A DNA stretch of 64,000 nt from Leptolyngbyaceae cyanobacterium (lineage in GTDB: Bacteria; Cyanobacteriota; Cyanobacteriia; Phormidesmidales; Phormidesmidaceae): assembly GCA_965263355.1 (NCBI GenBank), contig CBDHHL010000032.1, forward strand, positions 1,088,001 to 1,152,000. The letters run 5' to 3'. The notes below the pieces were generated by a model. That model did no database searches. It was given only the letters and a program-made list of their open reading frames with translations, and was not told the origin of the DNA. How positions within the stretch are numbered: position 1 is the stretch's first letter; every line of letters starts with the position of its first letter. Below, piece after piece: positions 42,276 to 52,285 of the stretch. Position numbers and translations under genes: made by a program.

Positions 42276-43277
42276 ATGAAAACCAAGGATCCAGCTATGG
42301 AATCATCGACCGTAGAATCAGATTCAGATAGTATTTCTAGCCGAGCTTCTGGGCAAGAAATTTATACCCGATTGTCCGAGAATATTCAGCAGGTGGTCAA
42401 AGGGCAGACTGCGGCTGTACGTAAGCTTCTGGCCGCCTTTGTCAGTGGCGGGCATGTGCTGCTAGAAGACTACCCTGGCACAGGTAAAACCACACTGGCA
42501 AAAGCGCTGGCTTTTTCCGTCGATGTTTCCTTCAAGCGGATTCAATTTACGCCTGATTTACTCCCCTCTGATATTTTGGGCGTCTCAATCTTAAACCCCA
42601 TCGAACAGTCCTTTCAGTTTCACGAAGGTCCTATTTTTGCCAATATCGTTCTAGCAGATGAGGTTAATCGTGCTTCTCCCCGCACACAATCTGCGCTGCT
42701 AGAGGCCATGGCAGAGTCTCAGGTCAGCATTGATGGCACCCTGAGAAAGCTAAGCGCACCTTTTTTTGTAATTGCTACCCAAAATCCGGTGGGAGCCCAG
42801 GGCACCTATCCCTTGCCAGAAGCTCAAATGGATCGTTTTGCCCTGCAGTTTAGTTTGGGCTATATCTCTTCGGAAGAAGAAATGGAGATTTTATCAAGTC
42901 AGCTGCAGCACCATCCCATTGACCAAGTTAAACCCTGTCTCTCACGAGATGATATTGTTACCCTCAAGCAACAGGTGCAACAGATACGAGTCAGCGATGA
43001 ACTCAAGCGTTACATCGTTGATATTGTCGGGGCCACCCGCCAGGCAGAGGGTGTGCAGCTAGGAGCTAGCCCCAGGGGAGCCATCGCCCTGATGAAACTG
43101 GCCCAAGCACTCGCCCTGTTTGATGGTTACGAATTTGTTTTGCCAGAGCAGGTGCAAGAGCTGGCGCTGTCAGTCCTAGCCCATCGGCTGGTGCTTGAAC
43201 CCCAGGCTCGATTTTCGGGCACAACAGCCGATGCGGTGATTCAAGATATCTTAACTGCGACGCCTGTGCCTGCTTAA
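42276..43277 (+). CDS. MoxR family AAA+ ATPase
   Basis: GHVLLEDYPGTGKT, RIQFTPDLLPSD, LADEVNRASPRTQSALLEAM, ATQNP, LPEAQMDRF. Confidence 0.95.
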   Translation: MKTKDPAMESSTVESDSDSISSRASGQEIYTRLSENIQQVVKGQTAAVRKLLAAFVSGGHVLLEDYPGTGKTTLAKALAFSVDVSFKRIQFTPDLLPSDILGVSILNPIEQSFQFHEGPIFANIVLADEVNRASPRTQSALLEAMAESQVSIDGTLRKLSAPFFVIATQNPVGAQGTYPLPEAQMDRFALQFSLGYISSEEEMEILSSQLQHHPIDQVKPCLSRDDIVTLKQQVQQIRVSDELKRYIVDIVGATRQAEGVQLGASPRGAIALMKLAQALALFDGYEFVLPEQVQELALSVLAHRLVLEPQARFSGTTADAVIQDILTATPVPA

Positions 43278-43280
43278 ACT

Positions 43281-44624
43281 ATGAATCTCTTATTTTATCG
43301 TCTATTTCGATTCTTGGGCTACAGCCTGCGGCAATGGTTAAAAAGGCGATTTACGCCTCTGGGGGCAGGGGTTTTAGTGTTTGCCATTATTTCTGGGCTG
43401 GTGGGTCTAGATACCCAGCGCAGTTTGTCTTACCAGGTGTTTGCCCTGGCCTGCTTATTATTGGCTGTGTCTACAGTGGCTACCGCCTTTTCTAGACCTC
43501 GGTTCCAGGTGAAGCGACGACTGCCGCGCTTTGGCACGGTGGGCTTGCCGTTACCCTACCGCGTCACGGTACAGAATACGACTGGCAAGACTTTTAGGAA
43601 ACTGCGACTGATTGAAGCGTTTGCCCACTCATTTCCTAGCTTTGAAGACTACCTTGACATTAGCCGTCCTCGCAAAGGTCGCAAGGATACTCAATCATGG
43701 AGCAAACTAATCGATCAGGCTCAGCGTGCGATCGCACCAGCCATCGAAATTCCCGTTCTGGCAGCCCAGGGCACAACTGAAATCAAAGGTGAGATTACGC
43801 CCCTGCGACGAGGGTTATTACAGTTTGAGACGATGACCCTTGCCTGCCCTGATCCGCTCGGCTTATTTAATACCTGTGTCAGACTCCCCCTGCCTCAATC
43901 GGTATTAATCTTGCCAAAGCGCTACCCGGTGCCCTCTTTTCAACTACCAGAACGTCAAGGGTATCAACCGGGAGGATTATCGCTTGCCCTGTCGGTGGGA
44001 GAATCAGAAGAATTTTGGTCCTTGCGAGACTATCGCCCCGGTGACTCGCCACGCAAGATTCACTGGAAAAGCTGGGTTAAATTGGGTAAACCTGTGGTGC
44101 GAGAAGAACAAGCCGAGTACTTTGTGCATCACGCTCTGGTTTTAGACACATTTCAACCGGAGTCATTTAGCGAAATTTTAGAAGAGGCTATCTCAGTGGC
44201 AGCGTCATTGGCCTGGGGCATGCAAAACCAGGAATCCTTACTGGATCTTATCTTTTCAGGATTAGGCGGTGGATACGTTACCCTGGGTCGAGGGTTAGGC
44301 CAAACAGAACGTATCCTTGAATTGTTAGCGTCGGTAGTCCCCTGCAGGGATAAGCCCTTTGACTCGTTGCTGCCAATCATGCAAAATCGTTTGCCACTAT
44401 TAAGTAGCTGCATCTGCATTTTTCTCAGTTGGGATGAGGCACGCCAAGCCTTTGTTAAACAATTGCAGTCCGTGAATATCCCCACCTGGGTTTTGATCTT
44501 GACCCGTGATCGACACACACTATCGCCGATGTTAGAAGATTATCAAAGTCATTCAATGCGAGTTTATCCGTTACCGTTGGGTCACATTCAGCAGGGGCTT
44601 CAAGAGATATGCAATTCCATATAG
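43281..44624 (+). CDS. DUF58 family protein (MoxR partner)
   Basis: RRG...DPLGLF, EFWSLRDYRPGDSPRKIHWKS, VVREE. Confidence 0.9.
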   Translation: MNLLFYRLFRFLGYSLRQWLKRRFTPLGAGVLVFAIISGLVGLDTQRSLSYQVFALACLLLAVSTVATAFSRPRFQVKRRLPRFGTVGLPLPYRVTVQNTTGKTFRKLRLIEAFAHSFPSFEDYLDISRPRKGRKDTQSWSKLIDQAQRAIAPAIEIPVLAAQGTTEIKGEITPLRRGLLQFETMTLACPDPLGLFNTCVRLPLPQSVLILPKRYPVPSFQLPERQGYQPGGLSLALSVGESEEFWSLRDYRPGDSPRKIHWKSWVKLGKPVVREEQAEYFVHHALVLDTFQPESFSEILEEAISVAASLAWGMQNQESLLDLIFSGLGGGYVTLGRGLGQTERILELLASVVPCRDKPFDSLLPIMQNRLPLLSSCICIFLSWDEARQAFVKQLQSVNIPTWVLILTRDRHTLSPMLEDYQSHSMRVYPLPLGHIQQGLQEICNSI

Positions 44625-45742
44625 CCAGCCTGTGCAGTCTGGCATTATGCCTGTGGGGATTTCAAACGGGGTTTTGGGGTCTGGCAGTGCCGATGATTTT
44701 GTGCATCGAGGGGAGACGGGTGTTCTCTAAGCGCTGGATGCTCTCTAAAAGGGCAACCGTATGGATTTTGTTTATCTGCATTTCCGTGATCATTGTGACG
44801 CTTCAACTCACGGGTGATTTCCATAGCGTGCTGCCATTGCTGCCGTTGGCACTGTTTCCACTTATGTTGGCGCAACTCTATACGTCCAACCTTTCCCAGC
44901 GGATTCAAGGTTTCTTAGCTAACCCCTACTTTACCCAGCGAGGAAGTCAGTGGAAACGGCCCTCCCTGGATTTTGGTTATGTTTATTTTGGTCTGTGTTT
45001 GTTATCGGCCAGCGCCGTCAACGCCAATAGGGTTCTCTTTTATGGTTTGGCTTGGGCGCTGGTAGCAATATTGTTCTTTCACCTGCGGCCTGCGAAATCT
45101 AAGGTGATGATTTGGCTTGGTTTACTATGTTTGACTGGGACTTTAGGGATTTTGGCCCATAGGCAGTTGAGCCAGCTTCAGTTTGATCATAGTTGGCTCA
45201 ATGATGGTCGTAGACAAGGCTATGGACAAGGTGATGGGTTTTCTCAAGGTAGTAATCAAGGCGGTCCTCTAGAAGCACTTTTACGGAGGTTAGCGGAACA
45301 ACTATTCGCGCCTATCCAGGAACAATTACCGCAAGAGCCCAAATCTAGAACCCTGTTATATCTTCTGCTAATTGTCTTAATTGTTGTTATTCTTAGTGGT
45401 CTCTTGATCTGGTGGTGGAGACGACGCCAACAGGAAATGCTGGCTGCAAATGTAAATTTTGAGGTGAGAACGCAATCTACCCTCCCCGGTATTGATTCAG
45501 AGTTTTACCAAATTGAACACATTTTCAATCAATTAAAACTAGGGCGCAGACCTGCGGAGAATCTACAGCATTGGCTGGAACGATTAACCCAAACACTATC
45601 TGTAGCTCAGGTGGAAGCACTCAAACCGATTATCCAACTACATTATCGCTATCGTTTTGATCCCAAAGGTATTGATGCTGCTGAGCGAAACCAGCTTAGG
45701 GACCTAAGCCAAACCTGGTTAGAACGTTATCGTTATAACTAA
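44609..45742 (+). CDS. membrane protein, third gene of the MoxR-DUF58 operon; apparently lacks the usual transglutaminase core
   Basis: Multi-TM N-terminus, Gly/Gln linker, one TM, C-terminal GIDSEFY...HYRYRFDP; overlaps DUF58 gene. Confidence 0.7.
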   Translation: MQFHIASLCSLALCLWGFQTGFWGLAVPMILCIEGRRVFSKRWMLSKRATVWILFICISVIIVTLQLTGDFHSVLPLLPLALFPLMLAQLYTSNLSQRIQGFLANPYFTQRGSQWKRPSLDFGYVYFGLCLLSASAVNANRVLFYGLAWALVAILFFHLRPAKSKVMIWLGLLCLTGTLGILAHRQLSQLQFDHSWLNDGRRQGYGQGDGFSQGSNQGGPLEALLRRLAEQLFAPIQEQLPQEPKSRTLLYLLLIVLIVVILSGLLIWWWRRRQQEMLAANVNFEVRTQSTLPGIDSEFYQIEHIFNQLKLGRRPAENLQHWLERLTQTLSVAQVEALKPIIQLHYRYRFDPKGIDAAERNQLRDLSQTWLERYRYN

Positions 45743-45759
45743 CGTGGGCGAATTGTTCA

Positions 45760-46432
45760 TTGTAGCCAAAAATCCCCTGGCTGGGTTTAATGTCTGCCAG
45801 TAGCGATCGCGATACCCCAAAAATATCTAGCAGTTGCTCATCCCATTGCTGTGTTGCCAAATTCATTAGCAATGTACGGCTGGCATTACTGTGGTCCGTC
45901 GCATGTACCTTTCCGCCCGTCAGGTTCCATAGCGCCCAAGTGTCAATGGTACCTGCCAGAATATTGTCTAAATGCTTGTCTGACAATTGGAGTTGAGTTT
46001 TATCCAGCAGCCACCGCAACTTTGTGCCCGAAAAATAGGCATCCAAAAACAAGCCACTGCGCTCATAGATTTTCGCCTTATGGCCTGCCAATGTGACGCA
46101 CATCCCTGCTGTCCGTCGATCCTGTCAAACAATGGCTTTATGCAGTGGTTCACCCGTTGTCTTATCCCACAATAGACATGTTTCCCGCTGCACGGTTAGA
46201 CCAATGGCAGCAATATCATCAGCGTTAATATTCGCCTCAGCAATGGCTGTTTTCATGACCCATTGCACGTCCTGCCAAATTTCTGTGGCATCATGCTCTA
46301 CCCAGCCCGGTTGCGGATAGTACTGAGTCAGCTCCTTATAGGCTTGACCCACAATGTCGCCCGCTTGATTAAACAGAATGGCCCGGTTGCCAGTAGTGCC
46401 CAAAAATCCAGAGCCATAACGTACTGCGGCAT
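45760..46432 (-). pseudogene. glpK: glycerol kinase pseudogene (frameshift, internal stop, 3' truncation)
   Basis: MPQYVMALD / frameshift in T-run at 46402-46406 / GTTGNRA...YPQPGWVEHD...QRET...AIV*QDRRT (TGA at 46125-46127 for Trp)...DAYFSGTKLRW...GTIDTW...TDHSNASRT; ends after ~220 codons. Confidence 0.92.
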
Positions 46433-46457
46433 GGAAAAAGCACTTTACTGAAAGAAC

Positions 46458-46596
46458 AGGTATCCACTCAAGCCGGGAAATTCTGGTTAAGTAGGAATCT
46501 AGAATCCAGGAGCCAGAATTTAGAAGGGATATGGCTTCTGGCTCCTGACTTCTGACGTCTATCCTGAGGAAAACTTCCCGCTTTAAGTTGGTACCC
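46458..46596. mobile_element. 139-bp MITE with imperfect terminal inverted repeats and 8-bp target site duplication
   Basis: GAAAGAAC at 46450-46457 and 46597-46604; TIRs AGGTATCCACTCAAGCCGGGAAATT / AACTTCCCGCTTTAAGTTGGTACCC (18/25 complementary). Confidence 0.8.
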
Positions 46597-46767
46597 GAAA
46601 GAACTTCACCTATTGTGTCGTGGCCTTTCCTTTATGGAAAAAAACGAGGAAAGTCTTAGGGGAAATTAATAAAAATTGGTGAGTGATGATTAGGGAATAG
46701 ACAATAGGTAGGGGCATTGCGTGCAATGCCCTGGGGAATGGGGCGTGGGGTGAGCTTAGCCAAGGTC

Positions 46768-46798
46768 AAAAAAAAGAGGTTGCGTTGCCGCAATCCTC
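46768..46798 (-). terminator. intrinsic terminator downstream of the 46874-47161 gene
   Basis: Minus strand GAGGATTGCG-GCAA-CGCAACCTC-TTTTTTTT. Confidence 0.75.
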
Positions 46799-46873
46799 CA
46801 TAATGAAGCTGTTAAGTATTGATTTCTATTTTTATTATGGAGATAGGAGTTCAGTTGTGAATCCCGATGGGGG

Positions 46874-47161
46874 CTATTCTTCTTGTTGATCCAATAGCCT
46901 TGATAGTTGCCCGCGAATGGCATCGAGCTTCTTGTCGACTTTAGGCACAGTCAGTAGCCTCAATTCAACTTCCGCAATGTTATCAATGCGGGTCGTTTTT
47001 TCCCATAGCTTGCGTTCAACTTCAGATTCAGACTCGTAACGGAATGTAATAGTGGTGTCGGTCACCTCTAAAATTTCCACATTTTTAAACCAGCCATTGC
47101 TGCTTTTGACATACAGCCATACGCTGCCTTGACCAACAAGTTCTTTGAGCTTTCTTTCCAT
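46874..47161 (-). CDS. conserved cyanobacterial small protein (DUF6679-like)
   Basis: MERKLKELVG..VWLYVKSSNGWF..VEILEV...FRYESES...WEKTTRIDNI. Confidence 0.7.
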   Translation of the reverse strand: MERKLKELVGQGSVWLYVKSSNGWFKNVEILEVTDTTITFRYESESEVERKLWEKTTRIDNIAEVELRLLTVPKVDKKLDAIRGQLSRLLDQQEE

Positions 47162-47549
47162 ATGACATTTCCCAGACACTACACAGGCCTACAAGAGATA
47201 ATGCTGTCTTTTCTTAAGATTGATTTTACAATCTTAGCACTTTGAAAAGTTATGTATAGACAAAAAAACTGATATCCTACAAGCTGTCAATTGTCCTTCC
47301 CCAAAAATAATTAGCTATTTTTATTATTTGTGCTTAGGGGAAAAATGATATCGCAATCTGTATCAGGGGTTGTGGAGTGACACGTTGAAAGAATGCAGCC
47401 ACAACTAACTAAACGCAATTATTTTTCTATTCAAAGAGATTAACTTGTTGCTGATATAACTGTGGAGCTACTACTGATTAAGTTGCAGGCTACACTTAGC
47501 AATTAGCAGCCATACTGAGTATTGCCGTACTTGAGAACCAACAACATAC

Positions 47550-47930
47550 ATGTTTGGGGTGTAATTGAAGCAGGGGGTACTCAAATAATTTGCACTCTGA
47601 CAAATCACCTGTCCCCTGCTGGTGAGCCCCCCAAGCTCACACATTGCCGCCTGATTACATTGCTTGGACCCTAGACGCTAACTGTATAGCTATGGGGATT
47701 ACCAATTTGATTCTTTCTGCTCACCGCAGCGAATTATCTGATGCGGTGAGGGAGTGGAACAATTGAATCTTTTTCCAATTATCCAAGTTAATGTAAAAAC
47801 ACGTCTACAAAATTATCTAAAGATGCCAGAGACTCTTGATAGCATTGACAACTATATTGTTCTTCCTAAGCTGGTTAAGAAAGCTGGCATCCTAGGGTCA
47901 TTATTATTAACACAGAAAGCAAATACTTAA
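47550..47930 (+). pseudogene. heavily decayed ROK-family fructokinase
   Basis: Fragments in shifting frames: MFG./IEAGGT at 47550-47582; AMGITNLILS/SPQRII; VKTRLQNYLKMPETLDSIDNYIVLPKLVKKAGILGSLLL* ending 47930. Confidence 0.65.
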
Positions 47931-47934
47931 AGTA

Positions 47935-48456
47935 ATGGATAAAGAAGAAATACAAACAGCCAACGTAATTCGTAGCATGATTCAGCATGAGAATTCGTTA
48001 ACGAATGATCGTATTAGTTGGTTAGTGACTATCCAAGGTCTTTTATTTGCATCATTTGGCATTGTTTGGAACTCGAATACTCTAAGTAAAGAACTATTAA
48101 GTATTTTAGGGCTGTTAGGTATTTTAGTTGCAGTTTCTTCATTGCAATCATTGACACTTGCTAATAAAGCCCGACATGAGTTAGTTGCTTGGTGGAATGA
48201 TTATATTGCTGATAAATCCTATGAAGGGCCTCCCATAATAGGCACCTATTCGGCCTCAAAACAAACGCTCATCTTAGGAGAAACGTCTGGAGAAAATAGA
48301 AAGCTATTAACGAAGTTTTCTATGCGGAAAATAACAAGGTATTTTTCTAGAGCCTGTTTTAGATTTAGTCGCTGTTTAAGGCCTTGGCGGTTGTTGCCCT
48401 GGGTTTTTATAGTCGGTTGGATGGGGATTCTCGTAATAATATTTGAGCTAGTCTAA
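47935..48456 (+). CDS. AT-rich hypothetical membrane protein (3 TM)
   Basis: 173 aa; RSMIQHENSLTNDRISWLVTIQGLLFA followed by TM segments. Confidence 0.65.
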   Translation: MDKEEIQTANVIRSMIQHENSLTNDRISWLVTIQGLLFASFGIVWNSNTLSKELLSILGLLGILVAVSSLQSLTLANKARHELVAWWNDYIADKSYEGPPIIGTYSASKQTLILGETSGENRKLLTKFSMRKITRYFSRACFRFSRCLRPWRLLPWVFIVGWMGILVIIFELV

Positions 48457-48619
48457 GAATATTTTTTAACCTGAATTTGCTGGATTATCTGTTTTTCTAT
48501 GACTAGTAGAATGCTATTTTCAGTTTTAAATTTACTGTATTTTTAGTCACTTTCAGGCTCTAGAAAATCTACTCTATACCAGGGAAAATACTGTACTTAT
48601 ACATAATTATCATTCACCT

Positions 48620-48865
48620 GTAGATGGACTCAAATTTTCGGTTTTATCAGGTGAAACAGATTTTTTAGTCCCACCTAATGAGCCAGAAGCTTTTTCAGAT
48701 GCAATTAGTAAAATTCTGTTAGATGAGGCAGTTGCCAAGAAGATGGGGGAAGGTGCTGAGAAACGGGTTAGGGAGCAGTTTTCTCTAGAGCAAACTGCCG
48801 ATAAAATTAGTGAGCTGTATGCAAAGTACTTGAGTTTTAATACCCCTGCGATATTACGCCGATGA
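48620..48865 (+). pseudogene. GT4 glycosyltransferase C-terminal remnant (sucrose-phosphate-synthase-like)
   Basis: VDGLKFSVLSGETDFLVPPNEPEAFSDAISKILLDEAVAKKMGEGAEKRVREQFSLEQTADKISELY; no N-terminal domain upstream. Confidence 0.7.
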
Positions 48866-48878
48866 AATGCCTGCCTTT

Positions 48879-49637
48879 CTAGTGCTGTGTAGCGTAGTTT
48901 AAATTAAAAGGACGGTAGCCATAGTGTCGTAGTCCTTCCCAAATACCCATCGCACCTGTTTCTAGGCTGTGGTACACGTTTGGCATAGTTTGAATCTTAT
49001 TCACAAGTTCGGGCTCTGAGTTGCCAATGGCAATTCCTTTTAGGCCTGTTTGGAACAGAGATAGATCGTTAAGTGTATCGCCACAGGTAACGACCTGGGT
49101 TGAATCTAATGATAGAAAGTTGAGTAGCTTAAGTAACGTTGTCCCTTTTGAAACGCCCTTGGGCAACACATCTAAATATTTGCTGTCTGAATAGATGTAG
49201 TCAAAACCGGCATCGATTACTTTTTGCAATGTGGAAGGCTTCAGTTCATCGGGCGTACAATAGTACGAGACTCGATGGTTTGGCTCACCTGGCTGGAGGG
49301 TTAGTCCAGATTCATTGCCTAGTAGCTGCCTAATCAGAGTGCTGGAATTCCGCCATTGACCGGCTATCCAATGGTTGATGGGGGCCACGGGCTCAAGCGT
49401 TGTGCCGTTGAAAACGTTGGTGCCAACATCGCTGATGATAAAGTCGGGCACTGGAACACTTTTGTATTCGGTGTAAATTTTGTTGACTAGTTCAAGGCTG
49501 CGACCGGTAACAAAAATGAGTAAAACGTGATTACGGCTCTGCTCTAATAGATTGTAAAATCGGATGCGCTTAGCGTTATCGCCACCTAGAAACGTACCAT
49601 CCAGGTCGGTTGCTAATACTAGTGAAGGTGCGGCCAT
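48879..49637 (-). CDS. HAD-IIB sugar-phosphate phosphatase (sucrose-phosphate / glucosylglycerol-phosphate phosphatase-like)
   Basis: LATDLDGTFLG, VTGR, PDFIISDVGT, LDVLPKGVSKG, CGDTLNDLSLF. Confidence 0.85.
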   Translation of the reverse strand: MAAPSLVLATDLDGTFLGGDNAKRIRFYNLLEQSRNHVLLIFVTGRSLELVNKIYTEYKSVPVPDFIISDVGTNVFNGTTLEPVAPINHWIAGQWRNSSTLIRQLLGNESGLTLQPGEPNHRVSYYCTPDELKPSTLQKVIDAGFDYIYSDSKYLDVLPKGVSKGTTLLKLLNFLSLDSTQVVTCGDTLNDLSLFQTGLKGIAIGNSEPELVNKIQTMPNVYHSLETGAMGIWEGLRHYGYRPFNLNYATQH

Positions 49638-49750
49638 AAAATATCAAATTCAGTTATATTTTGCCATTAATTTATATATGGTGTTTTCTGTTTACATGCA
49701 GTCTCCCTTTGTTCGTTTCAACTGTTTAATTATGGTTTCTTTTCAGAAGA

Positions 49751-50695
49751 ATGCGGCCAATTGATTGTATTGCGGTGTTGGGGAAAGGGGCATGGGGGAT
49801 GACTCTTGCTAAGCTTGCTGTAGATAAGGGTAACCCGGTTCAAACCTGGTCTCGTCGAGATGCGGTTGAGCTTTCAACTATTGTCCGTGATGCGGATGTG
49901 GTGGTATCAGCAATCTCGATGAAAGGTGTGGCTTCATTGGCCAATCAGCTACAAACGATCGAGCTAATGCCTGCAACGATTTTGGTGACGGCAACTAAAG
50001 GGTTAGACCCTAAGACAACCCGTACGCCATCGCAGATTTTTCGAGATAGTTTCCCAAAAAACCCAGTTGTGGTGCTCTCAGGGCCAAACCTTTCTAAGGA
50101 AATTGATCGGGGCTTGCCGGCTGCTACTGTAGTCGCAAGCGAAAATTTAGAGGCGGCTGCTCGGATACAGCAAATCTATTCATCGGAGTCTTTTCGACTT
50201 TACACCAGTAATGATCCCATTGGAGCAGAGCTGGGGGGAACGTTGAAAAATGTGGTTGCGATCGCGGTTGGTGTCTGTGATGGCCTCAAGCTAGGGTCTA
50301 ATGCTAAGGCAGCCCTAATCACTCGGGCGATTCCTGAAATGTTACGGGTGGGTGTACACATGGGTGCCCAGGTTGAAACCTTCTACGGTCTTTCAGGATT
50401 GGGAGATTTGCTCGCGACCTGCGACGGTCATCTTAGCCGTAACTATCGGGTGGGGTATGGTCTAGCTCAAGGAAAACAGCTAGACCAGATTTTAGCTGAG
50501 TTAGGCAGTACGGCTGAAGGGGTCAACACTACCCATGTGCTGATTGATATGGCTAACCGCGAAGGCATTCCGGTACCCATCGCCCGGCAAGTGCATCGGT
50601 TACTGTGCGGTGTGGTTACCCCCCAGGAGGCCGTAGGGTATCTAATGGAGCGAGAATTAAAACCCGAAGCCTGTGATTTAAAGGCTCGGGATTAG
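49751..50695 (+). CDS. gpsA: NAD(P)H-dependent glycerol-3-phosphate dehydrogenase
   Basis: VLGKGAWG, ATKG, LSGPNL, GGTLKNVVAI, GLSGLGDLLATC, SRN, TAEGV. Confidence 0.95.
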   Translation: MRPIDCIAVLGKGAWGMTLAKLAVDKGNPVQTWSRRDAVELSTIVRDADVVVSAISMKGVASLANQLQTIELMPATILVTATKGLDPKTTRTPSQIFRDSFPKNPVVVLSGPNLSKEIDRGLPAATVVASENLEAAARIQQIYSSESFRLYTSNDPIGAELGGTLKNVVAIAVGVCDGLKLGSNAKAALITRAIPEMLRVGVHMGAQVETFYGLSGLGDLLATCDGHLSRNYRVGYGLAQGKQLDQILAELGSTAEGVNTTHVLIDMANREGIPVPIARQVHRLLCGVVTPQEAVGYLMERELKPEACDLKARD

Positions 50696-50701
50696 TGAGG
50701 T

Positions 50702-52285
50702 TCAGCCACGGGGCTGCATAAAACGTTTTCGATAGTCATAGAGGCGTTGCAAGGACTGTCGTATTGACGGGGATACTGCTTCAGAGGTAGCTGGCTGAGA
50801 TTCACTATCTTTCAGTGTTTCACTATCTTCGAGGGTTTCAGTTGTCGACTCTAGAGTGGGTGCGATCGCTGCATCGACAGCAGGCGCAAAATTGGCTTCA
50901 ACGTCATTGTCTATACCTGTCTCTAGGGAGTCAGTTTCATCAGCATTAGACTCTATTTCTAAATCTTCAGGAATGTCTGAGTTTTCAGGAATGTCAGTTT
51001 CTATAGCTGCATTTTCTGTCGATTTATCAGATGTTTGATTCGGGGGGATATCGTTCAATAAATCGCTGGTTTCATGAGCTGTTTCAGGTGTAATCTCCTC
51101 AGATTTAGTGATATCAGGTTCAGTCACCTGAGGCTGAGTGAACTCAAGTCTAGTCATTTCAGGCTTACTTACCTCAGATTCAGTCACCTCAGGGGCAATC
51201 ACTTCGGGAATAGTGATATCAGCATCCTGCAAGGTTTCAATATCCTGTACTGTTTCAACCGTTTCCTCTACCTCAGCATCTTGGGTGGCTGTAGATTCTG
51301 GGTCGGGCGTCTCTGGGACTGATGGCTCATAGGTAGGATCGATAATGCTACCTACATCTGCTAAAGTCACGTCACCTCGGATGATTTTTGCCAGACTATC
51401 CTCAAGACTCGGATCATAGTCAACAAGTCTTACGGTGTTGTTAAAAACACCCTCAATGGGATTACCGTCATCATCAATCAGCATTAGCTGCACCCAATTT
51501 TGACCTGGACGTAGTCCCTCTATATATATAGACTCCCAATCCTTAAGGGTGAAACTCTCTCCATTTACGATGTACTGTACCCGCCAGTCTGAGATAGCCG
51601 GGTTATCTTGGGCGACTTGGTGTAACGGTGTATCAGTTAAGTAAAAGTCTAATAAAATTGGCTCAGCTCCATAGGTACCAACCGGTGCCCCGTAGGTGAT
51701 TAGGGGTTGATCACTGGCGGGCGAATTTTCGTTCGTTTTGGCCAAGATGTGAAACGTTACCTGGGCGTAAGCGCCTTCATTTTTAAAGCTTTCATGCCAG
51801 GGACGTGTAGCAAAGGCTCTGATGGTATGGGTACCTGGAGTCAAATTTTCGAGAATTATAGGCTGTTCGATATCGTATATCGAGTCCCAGGGGTGATTAT
51901 CTAGCAATAGTTCTATATGGGGACCCATGCCCCAAATCTTATCCTTATATATAGGTAAATCTTGAACCCGTAAAATGACGCTAACGTCAGTGTCAGCCAA
52001 AATTGCTTCGGCCTGGGGCTGACGGATCTGTACCTGGGGTTCATAGGCGTCTAACCAGGAGTCTAAATCACGAATCAGCTCTGGTGTTTCCACCTGCTTG
52101 ATAGCAGGAGCAGGCTGAACAACAGCAGGTTTAGCTGTCTCACTGATAGTTAATGGCTCAGCTGTTTGGGGTTTGCTACAGCTGGTCATTAATAACAGAA
52201 GGATTAAAACGAAAGAGCCCGCAATTTTTGCCAAATGCTTTGGCATATGGCCTAAAACATTAGAAACCAAAGGCATGGTTTGCAT
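50702..52285 (-). CDS. putative lipoprotein with acidic low-complexity tail
   Basis: Lipobox-like LLLMTSC; PGTHTIRAFATRPWHESFKN, GAEPILLDFYL; E/T/P-rich C-terminus. Confidence 0.75.
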   Translation of the reverse strand: MQTMPLVSNVLGHMPKHLAKIAGSFVLILLLLMTSCSKPQTAEPLTISETAKPAVVQPAPAIKQVETPELIRDLDSWLDAYEPQVQIRQPQAEAILADTDVSVILRVQDLPIYKDKIWGMGPHIELLLDNHPWDSIYDIEQPIILENLTPGTHTIRAFATRPWHESFKNEGAYAQVTFHILAKTNENSPASDQPLITYGAPVGTYGAEPILLDFYLTDTPLHQVAQDNPAISDWRVQYIVNGESFTLKDWESIYIEGLRPGQNWVQLMLIDDDGNPIEGVFNNTVRLVDYDPSLEDSLAKIIRGDVTLADVGSIIDPTYEPSVPETPDPESTATQDAEVEETVETVQDIETLQDADITIPEVIAPEVTESEVSKPEMTRLEFTQPQVTEPDITKSEEITPETAHETSDLLNDIPPNQTSDKSTENAAIETDIPENSDIPEDLEIESNADETDSLETGIDNDVEANFAPAVDAAIAPTLESTTETLEDSETLKDSESQPATSEAVSPSIRQSLQRLYDYRKRFMQPRG

